From IMG/VR virus record IMGVR_UViG_3300030110_002923, positions 1 to 51,464 of that record: 51,464 bases of DNA; one strand, given 5' to 3'. How positions within the stretch are numbered: position 1 is the stretch's first letter; every line of letters starts with the position of its first letter. A program made the translations under genes and the position numbers. This stretch comes from a virus. Its lineage: Duplodnaviria > Caudoviricetes. Shown in pieces: positions 38,413-45,894 of the stretch. The notes under the pieces are model-generated. The model had not been told where the DNA came from. It ran no database searches and worked only from the letters and a program-made list of their open reading frames with translations.

Positions 38413-39069
38413 TTATTTACTTTTTAATCCTCTTATAAATCTTCTATTGCTAACTTTTTTATCAAATTTTTTCTTAGCATCTTTTATAATCCCATCAATC
38501 TTAGAAGAAGCAGAGCCATACTTTTCGGCAAATCCTCCTCGAACACCACCAACTCCTATAAGATTATCTCCACCTATATAATCAGTATAAAGAGTTTCAA
38601 TCCATTCAGGAAAAGTTTCACCTCTTTGAGGATGTCCTTCTTTTCTGTATCCATATAATTGTTTTAAAAGACCATGACCTGCTTCATGCCACAAACTGCT
38701 CCTCCAAGTACTAGGATTAAAAGTATCGTCAGAAATATTTTTAATACCTTGCTTACGATATTCTCCAGGATAACTCCAATCAGGAGCTCTTGTTGTATCT
38801 ATACCAATTTCATTTTTATGAGGAAAATGCCGAGCATTAGGCCCTTCTAATTCATAATCAAGAGAATAATCCATAACTTTAGAAAAAGCATCTCCTACTT
38901 TATTTGGGTCCTCTTTTAATACTTTTGCAACATTATCAACATAATGAGAACTATCAGCTTTAGTAAAATGTCTTCCTACTTTATTAATATCGCTTCTAAG
39001 ACCTTTTTTATAGCCGTCATCATCAGTATTATTCCACATATTTTTAAACCATTGCATAAAATCGTTCAT
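38413..39069 (-). CDS. Putative zincin-like metallopeptidase
   Basis: SLWHEAGHGL (HExxH) followed by a later His (EGHP). Confidence 0.5.
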   Translation of the reverse strand: MNDFMQWFKNMWNNTDDDGYKKGLRSDINKVGRHFTKADSSHYVDNVAKVLKEDPNKVGDAFSKVMDYSLDYELEGPNARHFPHKNEIGIDTTRAPDWSYPGEYRKQGIKNISDDTFNPSTWRSSLWHEAGHGLLKQLYGYRKEGHPQRGETFPEWIETLYTDYIGGDNLIGVGGVRGGFAEKYGSASSKIDGIIKDAKKKFDKKVSNRRFIRGLKSK

Positions 39070-39521
39070 ATCATTAGTTTTTCTACTCTTTTAATAGTAG
39101 CCTTATCTGGGTCTGTGTGGTGAAACTTGTAATATGCCTCTTTCATAGCATCTAAGTCTCCATAAGCTACTTTACTTAATAATTTATCAGAACCTCTCTG
39201 AGCAAACATATTAGCTAAAAACATGCAATCTGCCTGTTCATCGTTCCATTCTTGAGGATTACTAGGTATTGCCCTTATATCCTCTTTAAAAAATCCCATA
39301 TTAAACATTCTGTTCTTTGCTGTTTGTACAGAATCATCTGTAAATTGATAAACACCCTTAGCACTAGTTGTTTTAGCTGCAGCCATAGGATTGTTATCCG
39401 ATTCGATTTCTCGTACCATTCTAGACCATTTGTAGATAAAAAGACAAGATGCCTTAATATCTACGACTTTTAATCTATTAAGCTGTAATTTTAAAAAGCG
39501 TAAAGCTTTTCCAGTAAACAT
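39066..39521 (-). CDS. Lysozyme-like / lytic transglycosylase (SLT) protein
   Basis: EIESDNNPMA...TSAKGVYQFT catalytic motif. Confidence 0.75.
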   Translation of the reverse strand: MFTGKALRFLKLQLNRLKVVDIKASCLFIYKWSRMVREIESDNNPMAAAKTTSAKGVYQFTDDSVQTAKNRMFNMGFFKEDIRAIPSNPQEWNDEQADCMFLANMFAQRGSDKLLSKVAYGDLDAMKEAYYKFHHTDPDKATIKRVEKLMI

Positions 39522-40129
39522 TAGCTATTAATTCCCTTTCCAAATATTGAAGCTGAGTCATATAGATATGGGTCTCTTAAATCACTTCTCATCTTACCAA
39601 AAGCATCACTAAACGCACTTAAAACTGCTCCAGTCTTTTGCTTTTTATCATTTTGAGCTTTATTATGCTTTTCTAAATTAAGCTTTGCAACATCACCAAG
39701 GTTGTCAGTACCATATCTTCCTATGTTTTCTGCTCTATGTTGCATTTCTTCATCTCTATCCATCTCATCTTGCCAATCTTCTTCAAACTTTTCATCCATT
39801 TTCTTTTCAACTTGATTATAGCCAGTATATTTAGAGGGTCCTCCAGGTACATTAAAATTATTGAGTGCTCCATCTAAAAGGCTATGTTTGCCATCAGTAA
39901 CTGCCGCTTTAAACTCATCCGACTTAATATTATTTTGGTCTAAAGCGTCTATTGAGTTGCCACCTCCTTCTGAGGAGTTTCCAAAACCAACCTCTTTATT
40001 ATCAAATGAATAACTGCTTTCTTCAGGTAGCATTGTATCTTTTGAATTCATAAGATTGTCATATCCTTCGCCTAAGGTATTTTTAATCCAGCTGCCTGCA
40101 TTACTTATTACACCCATAAGACCGTCCAA
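39521..40129 (-). CDS. Hypothetical protein
   Basis: Packed co-oriented ORF; acidic. Confidence 0.65.
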   Translation of the reverse strand: MDGLMGVISNAGSWIKNTLGEGYDNLMNSKDTMLPEESSYSFDNKEVGFGNSSEGGGNSIDALDQNNIKSDEFKAAVTDGKHSLLDGALNNFNVPGGPSKYTGYNQVEKKMDEKFEEDWQDEMDRDEEMQHRAENIGRYGTDNLGDVAKLNLEKHNKAQNDKKQKTGAVLSAFSDAFGKMRSDLRDPYLYDSASIFGKGINS

Positions 40130-40744
40130 CTACTTCTCCCACCAATTTTTCCAAGAATCTCTGAAATAGTTCATAGCACTACCCATAGTATCTTGCAGAC
40201 TATCCATCATATCATAATCTTGTGGTATTTCGCCTTCATAAGGATTAACTTCTCCTTGTTCTTGTATTAACTGGTCAATTACTCTTGCATCAGGCTTTCC
40301 TTCTTCATCAACCATTTGAAACATTTCTGGTGCTTGTCCAGGTTGTCTGTATTGTTCTAAGCCTTCTCCAGCTCTTTGTCCAGCTACATATTGTCTAAAT
40401 CTTTCAGTAGTCTTGGGTCCCATCATTCCATAGCCTGAATCACCTTCTTTCATTCCCATAAACTGTTTTTGAAAGTCTGCTACCGCTTCAGGGTCGTTAA
40501 CATCAAAATTCGCTGTATCAAATCTAGGCATATTTCTTTCGAAAGGTGTTGGTCCTTGTATACCATACGCTTCTGGTGGCATACCTGCTTCTTCAAAGCT
40601 CTGAGGCACCATTTGTCCAGTTGCTGTGTTAAATTTGTAAGGTATCTCCTTTCTTCCACCTGCAGGACCTTGAGTTGTATTGAAATTAGCGTTTGGGTTT
40701 GTCCCCCCATAAGGCTTGTATAATGGCGGTTTTCTGTTTGCCAT
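40130..40744 (-). CDS. Hypothetical protein with possible peptidoglycan-binding-like helical motif
   Basis: First gene of the minus arm, AGGAGA RBS; AVADFQ...GMMGPKTTERF resembles PG_binding_1. Confidence 0.5.
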   Translation of the reverse strand: MANRKPPLYKPYGGTNPNANFNTTQGPAGGRKEIPYKFNTATGQMVPQSFEEAGMPPEAYGIQGPTPFERNMPRFDTANFDVNDPEAVADFQKQFMGMKEGDSGYGMMGPKTTERFRQYVAGQRAGEGLEQYRQPGQAPEMFQMVDEEGKPDARVIDQLIQEQGEVNPYEGEIPQDYDMMDSLQDTMGSAMNYFRDSWKNWWEK

Positions 40745-41211
40745 GTGATTCTCCTAATTATTAAAAATTTTACGTAAAATACACTATAATATAGCTCTAA
40801 ACTAAGCTATAATCCAAACAAAAAGATTATATATAGCCTGTATATATCGATTCTTTGTCTTTTATCTAGAATACACTAAGTATCGTTACTTACTATCTAT
40901 TACTTACTACGTAGTAAAATACACCAAAAAATATATTTTGCAAGTGTTTTTTAAAAAAGGTGCCTAAATCACTGAAAAACAACGATTTACGTTGAATTTT
41001 AAAAAAATATAACAAGAATGTTTACACGAGATATATACGATGCGGTACCCGCCCGTTTTTACGGCCCTCGGGGGTGCCGAGCCGTTAAAAACTGTAAGTA
41101 AGAACCACTTACACGGGTACTATCGCATCCAGTTCCCCTTATCGCTTTGCGATACAAATCATTTTGATTTGTTGTTTATATTTACATTTCATAACATAAG
41201 GAGTATTAATC
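40745..41211. promoter_or_regulatory. Divergent control region between the late (minus) and early (plus) arms
   Basis: No credible CDS. Minus-strand sigma70-like elements (TTGCAA-16-TATTTT near 40916-40943; TATATTATA near 40786-40794) and a GC-rich inverted-repeat cluster at 41045-41154. Confidence 0.7.
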
Positions 41212-41481
41212 ATGTCAACAGAAACACCAAAACAAAAACTAATTTCTTACATCAATTCAGCAAAAATCGTGCTGAATAAATGCAAGAAAGGAGTTATGAT
41301 TTGGGATACGTCCAAAGTCACTAATCTTCAGCATCTAACGCAGTTAGTGGAAGATTGTGATTGGACAGTATACGAATTGCCTAAGTCATTCCACCCTACC
41401 ACTGGCCAAGTACAGGGTGGTGGAATTTGGTTAGGCCCTAGAAAAGTCACATCTGCAGAGGAAGCACTCGCAGATATGTAA
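41212..41481 (+). CDS. Hypothetical protein (first gene of the + arm)
   Basis: TAAGGAG RBS. Confidence 0.75.
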   Translation: MSTETPKQKLISYINSAKIVLNKCKKGVMIWDTSKVTNLQHLTQLVEDCDWTVYELPKSFHPTTGQVQGGGIWLGPRKVTSAEEALADM

Positions 41482-41600
41482 CCACTTTTCAAGCCACAGT
41501 GTACTATGGGAGCAAAACGACCATAGTATTGCTGTGGTTTTTTATTAGTTAAGTAATACATAATGGTAAATGTTAAAGATAATTTATTTAATTATAAATA

Positions 41601-42007
41601 GTCCTAGGAGAATGGTGGAGGACTCTAAACAAAGCTACCGTTGTGATAGTATATTAGGTTTGCTAGTACCTAATAGAATTCATATTCTCCCGAAGGAGTA
41701 GCCGATAACACAGGGGGTTTAATGCTGTGTAACTAGCAAATAATTTAATTTAGAGAGGTATATTAAACGCCTGCAGTGCACAAAAATGTCGAGATAAAAG
41801 CAGATAATGGCCCAGGTCTCTTGACAGTTGGCTGATGGACTATACAGCATCAGATACCTCTCTAATTATAATTAATTAATTTAATTGTGTCTTGGAAATG
41901 CTTAGAAACGCAGTATTTAGCTAGTATACATAGCTATTTATTGTAATCTATTAATATTTTTACACTCGATGTTAAAGTAGCATTTTACACCAAACAAGGC
42001 ACAATTA
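41601..42007 (+). ncRNA. Candidate cluster of structured non-coding RNA elements
   Basis: ORF-free ~550 nt gap with several nested stems and possible pseudoknots (see findings); no family recognised. Confidence 0.45.
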
Positions 42008-42038
42008 TCAGTTTAAAAATAACAAGGAGTAATAAATA

Positions 42039-42167
42039 ATGAAGGAATATTATATTAAAAATATGTTAAATAACATAGTAACAGTAGTAGTATCTAAGAA
42101 TAGATATAATGCTATTGAAAAAGGGATAAAATATTTTGGTGTTAATCAAGTTAGAATTATCCAGTAG
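42039..42167 (+). CDS. Hypothetical protein (42 aa, not in ORF track)
   Basis: AAGGAG RBS; MKEYYIKNMLNN...QVRIIQ*. Confidence 0.6.
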   Translation: MKEYYIKNMLNNIVTVVVSKNRYNAIEKGIKYFGVNQVRIIQ

Positions 42168-42288
42168 GTAATGCATTGCCTATTAAAAATACACAAATGA
42201 TAACTATAATTGAGCGGAGTTTAGTGTGTTCTTCGCTCATTTTATTAACTAAATATAAGACAAAGAAATTAATTAAAGGAGCATATAA

Positions 42289-42522
42289 ATGCAGAAAGAA
42301 GTAGATAGATTTGAAGAAGATTTAAAAGGTATTATAGATGTTAAGTTATACAAATTAATAGCTTATTTAGAGATATTAAGAGAGCAAATTGGCTCAGGTA
42401 ATAGTACAGATGATTTAAATCATTATTATCAAATACTAGGTAATGCTAGGTATGAGATAAAGAAATTGTTAGGTCATAATATGGTTTCTACAACTTATAA
42501 AGTTAGTGGAGATGAATTATGA
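42289..42522 (+). CDS. Hypothetical protein
   Basis: AAGGAG RBS. Confidence 0.7.
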   Translation: MQKEVDRFEEDLKGIIDVKLYKLIAYLEILREQIGSGNSTDDLNHYYQILGNARYEIKKLLGHNMVSTTYKVSGDEL

Positions 42523-42686
42523 AGAATAAAATAAAGAATTATTTAAAGGATTTAGGATTAAATATGACTCTTTATAGTGGATATTTTACAACTGATACAA
42601 AGATAGTAGCAAAGATAGACAATACTATAATTTATATCAATTATGATTTTAAAGGTCATAGAGCATATCCACTAAGTAGTCAATAA
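42519..42686 (+). CDS. Hypothetical protein (55 aa, not in ORF track)
   Basis: ATGA overlap, GGAGA RBS; MKNKIKNYLKDLG...AYPLSSQ*. Confidence 0.6.
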   Translation: MKNKIKNYLKDLGLNMTLYSGYFTTDTKIVAKIDNTIIYINYDFKGHRAYPLSSQ

Positions 42687-42815
42687 GATATTCCTTGAGG
42701 AGCGAGCATTATTCAGCCTATTCCTTGGCTATGTTTACCTCTTATTAATACAGAGGGTTTCGGCTTATTAGGTAGCTCGCTCCTAAATTTATAATTATTA
42801 ATTAATGGAGATATT

Positions 42816-43088
42816 ATGGGAAGAGTTAAAGAAACTGATGATGATGATAGTGTATTTAAAAAAGCTATAGATGAAAGAGCTTTTATAAATATGGAAGAAA
42901 TAGAATGGATGTCTAATTGTTGTTTTGAACCGCCATACAGAGATATACTTGATACTGGCGAATATGACAAAGGATTAGATATTGGTAGAGAATTTGATAC
43001 ACAACCAATCGGTTTATGTAGTAAATGTAAAGAAGGCGCTATATTTTATATGGTAGAGGAGGACAGTGATGAATTTCTCGGAAGATAA
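42816..43088 (+). CDS. Small acidic Zn-binding protein
   Basis: SNCC...GLCSKCKE. Confidence 0.65.
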   Translation: MGRVKETDDDDSVFKKAIDERAFINMEEIEWMSNCCFEPPYRDILDTGEYDKGLDIGREFDTQPIGLCSKCKEGAIFYMVEEDSDEFLGR

Positions 43089-43197
43089 AATAGAATTATA
43101 CATTGAAAACATAATAAAGTGTAGAAAACAGAAAAAAGCGATATTGCAAAATAAAAAGGCTAAGGAGGCCAAAATAAAATGGCAAATGATACAATAA
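43069..43197 (+). CDS. Possible 42-aa basic ORF bridging to the Ubl gene
   Basis: GAGGAGG RBS; overlaps both neighbours. Confidence 0.4.
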   Translation: MNFSEDKIELYIENIIKCRKQKKAILQNKKAKEAKIKWQMIQ

Positions 43198-43391
43198 CAA
43201 TCAACTTGTTACAAAACGGAGAGTTCAGTCCTAGAGATACAGCATCTACAACAGTAGGTGAGTTAAGGAACGAACTAGAAATACCAGCAGATGCAAATGT
43301 GATGGTAGGTGGAACTATCAGGCAGAACGACTTTGTTCTGGAAGATGGTGCGTTAGTTGCTTATGCAAGCAATAATAAAGTTGGTGGATAA
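43179..43391 (+). CDS. Ubiquitin-like (beta-grasp, ThiS/MoaD-like) protein with C-terminal GG
   Basis: 70 aa; TTVGELR...VMVGG...FVLEDGALVAY...KVGG*, double stop TAA TAG, TAAGGAGG RBS. Confidence 0.85.
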   Translation: MANDTITINLLQNGEFSPRDTASTTVGELRNELEIPADANVMVGGTIRQNDFVLEDGALVAYASNNKVGG

Positions 43392-43489
43392 TAGATAATA
43401 ATATAAAGCCCTGTGAGTCTCACGTGAGTATGGAATACGACTACCGAGCATGGGCTTTATACGATAAAATAGATAGCGAAGGAGAATAT

Positions 43490-44956
43490 ATGATAGAAAT
43501 ATATGACGGTAGAACAGAAAGAAAAGTAAATGAAATAGATTTTATTAAGAATTTAAGTCAAGAGCAACTAAACAAAGTAGCTGTTGGCCCTCAAGATAAA
43601 TTATTAGATTTAATTAAATACTTTAATGATGTATTCAGACATCAAGGTATTGAAAGTCAAATAGATGTTACTAATAAATGGTCTTGGAAACGTGGCTCTT
43701 ATGATATTATGAAAAACTATTTAACTAATAAATTAGAATTAAACAAAAAAGCTATGTCAATGTCTAAAATAATAGAAAGAGCTCAACATAATGCTAGTTT
43801 CTTAGGTTATATGCGTAAGAAAACATATCAATTAGAATCAGAAAGACGCAAACTTATAAATATGGGTATTCCTAGAGATGTAGATACTGATAAATTTCAA
43901 AGTATGTGCATAGATATGGCAGAGAAAATAGAAAATGCTTGCAATAATGCTAATAACATTATAGAAAATGTAAACTTAAAGCCATGGATAGGTCTAAATA
44001 ACTGCGATGAAATAATACTTTATCTGGATATTATGCTAACAGGCTTGAATATGAGTATAGTTCAAGATTCAACAGTGATAGAAACTAACAAATTAAAACC
44101 AATTAGAATAATGGTAAATGTTGATTTTAGGAAACTATTAAATAATCAAAGATATGATTTGAATTTTAAAGGCAAATATATAGATGATTATCATATGTTT
44201 CCTTATTTAAATTCAGAAACTTATTATCGTAATTGGGGTAATGTATGCTTAGATAGACATCACGATGATTTTAGAAGAGCATTCAAAAAGTTAGACTTTG
44301 TTAGTATGTCAATGATATTGATACAATGGGCTCAATATTATAATGTTGGACACTCTAATCCATATAGTCAACCATTTCTTACACACTATGGTATGCCTAA
44401 AGACAAAAGTCAATCTTATAAGCAATTGTTTGTAGCTGGTACAGTTCAAAGTGCTTGCCAAACAACTCAGAAAAAGATGACTCAAGATTCTTCTGGAATA
44501 GATAGGCTTGTATCTAGCAAAAAGTTATGTCAAGATATTGAATGTCAATATATAGGTAATTGTGAATTTTACGAAATATATAATCGAAAAATAAATCTAT
44601 ATAATAAACATAGATATTTAGGCGATGCTATATATATGGAACTTGCAAATTATGTGACAAATAATGATTTTGACCAACAAACAATATCAAATATGTTTGA
44701 AACAATAACTGGACAATATATTTCTTATACCACTGATGAAGGTGTACTTTCAAAAGAAGAATATCTAAATAGTTGGTATGATAAGTTTATGATATATTTT
44801 GCAACAACATACGAAAAAAACGCTAATGCTTATTTATATGATTATTTAGTAAATAATGGATTGTTAGAGAAAGCAGAAATAAAAACAGAGAATATAGACA
44901 CAGATAATATAAAACAGCAAATGATGGCTTGGGCAGCATCAGAAGGAGTAAGGTAA
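43490..44956 (+). CDS. Putative prokaryotic E2-like conjugating protein (multidomain)
   Basis: HMFPYL...WGNVCLD (Cys codon 44246-44248) resembles the E2 HPNxxxxGxxCL flap/catalytic Cys, followed by QW..YYN...SNPY. It lies between Ubl and JAB. AAGGAG RBS supports the start at 43490. Confidence 0.6.
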   Translation: MIEIYDGRTERKVNEIDFIKNLSQEQLNKVAVGPQDKLLDLIKYFNDVFRHQGIESQIDVTNKWSWKRGSYDIMKNYLTNKLELNKKAMSMSKIIERAQHNASFLGYMRKKTYQLESERRKLINMGIPRDVDTDKFQSMCIDMAEKIENACNNANNIIENVNLKPWIGLNNCDEIILYLDIMLTGLNMSIVQDSTVIETNKLKPIRIMVNVDFRKLLNNQRYDLNFKGKYIDDYHMFPYLNSETYYRNWGNVCLDRHHDDFRRAFKKLDFVSMSMILIQWAQYYNVGHSNPYSQPFLTHYGMPKDKSQSYKQLFVAGTVQSACQTTQKKMTQDSSGIDRLVSSKKLCQDIECQYIGNCEFYEIYNRKINLYNKHRYLGDAIYMELANYVTNNDFDQQTISNMFETITGQYISYTTDEGVLSKEEYLNSWYDKFMIYFATTYEKNANAYLYDYLVNNGLLEKAEIKTENIDTDNIKQQMMAWAASEGVR

Positions 44957-45894
44957 TGAAGTTAGAAGAAGTGTTTTACATAAAAGAAAAAGACTGGTAT
45001 CAGTTACAAGGTTGGGCTACAATAGCTTATGAAGAAGATAAAAACGAAATATCTGGATTAATGACAGCAGTACCACAAGAAGACGGCAGATTCAAATTAG
45101 GAGATGTAAGGATTCTTAAACAAAAGAACTCTGGTACTAATACTGAATTAGATGCAGATGCTGTTGCTGAATATACTATGAAGTTTGGTATGAAGTATAA
45201 TAATCCAAATATGAAGTTTGTTTGGTGGCATTCACATCATACTATGGGAGCATTCTGGTCAGGAACTGATGAAAATGAGATAGATGAATGGAAGAACAAT
45301 AGTTTTTCTTTGGCTTTAGTTATAAATCTTAAGGAGGAGTATAAATTCAGAGTTAGTGTATGGAATAACAATGGATTGCCAATAGAAGAACATTTTGATA
45401 CCACTCTTACTATTGAAAGACCTCAGCCTAAAGTTAAAATAACAGATGCTATGAAAGTAGAGTATGAAAATCTTTGTTCTAATCTTCATCAAACTGTTGT
45501 TGGAAATGCAAATATATGGGGAGGTCATTGGGGTTATAACAGAATTAACACAAACCCTAGACAGCTAACATTAGGACAAGACAAAGAGTTAGAATATGAA
45601 AAAGCATATGCAAAAGCTTATGAATTATTAGAGTCAATGCAAGATGATTTCATAAACGGAACTCTTAAATTAAAAGAATACAAAAAAGAAATAAAATCTT
45701 TTAATAAAGAATGTTCTAATAGAAAATACCCATTTAAAGCTAAAGTTATAAAAGGTAATAGTACTGCAATAATGAATAAGCTTATGACTTTAATGCCAAA
45801 CGAATTGTTCGAATGGGATGATAATAGGATAAAAGATAAGTATGAAGAACGTGAATTTCAAAGAAACTATGGAGGATATGCAGAATGGCTATAA
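44956..45894 (+). CDS. JAB/MPN+ (JAMM) metallo-isopeptidase
   Basis: NEISGL upstream Glu and WWHSHHTMGAFWSGTD = HxH-x7-SxxD; TAATG coupling gives the start at 44956. Confidence 0.9.
   Translation: MKLEEVFYIKEKDWYQLQGWATIAYEEDKNEISGLMTAVPQEDGRFKLGDVRILKQKNSGTNTELDADAVAEYTMKFGMKYNNPNMKFVWWHSHHTMGAFWSGTDENEIDEWKNNSFSLALVINLKEEYKFRVSVWNNNGLPIEEHFDTTLTIERPQPKVKITDAMKVEYENLCSNLHQTVVGNANIWGGHWGYNRINTNPRQLTLGQDKELEYEKAYAKAYELLESMQDDFINGTLKLKEYKKEIKSFNKECSNRKYPFKAKVIKGNSTAIMNKLMTLMPNELFEWDDNRIKDKYEEREFQRNYGGYAEWL

Noticed and set aside
2833-40723. Numerous + strand ORFs within the late arm (e.g. 12258-12674, 13393-13833, 36107-36472, 37541-38062)
   Set aside because: Antisense shadows of long minus-strand genes; no RBS and biased Leu/Ser/Phe/Ile composition.
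41040-41279. 79-aa ORF in the control region
   Set aside because: No RBS; it runs through the inverted-repeat element and overlaps the well-supported 41212 gene.
41831-41853. Hammerhead ribozyme core
   Set aside because: Reads CTGATGG rather than CTGATGA, and no correctly placed GAAA.
41482-42038. CRISPR or mini-array in the long non-coding gap
   Set aside because: No direct repeats with regular spacing; only inverted repeats.
42698-42784. tRNA gene
   Set aside because: Cloverleaf-like, but loop sizes and conserved bases do not fit a tRNA.
43424-43489. N-terminal 22 aa of the 510-aa ORF
   Set aside because: The GTG start lies inside a stem-loop without an RBS, whereas the ATG at 43490 has AAGGAG.
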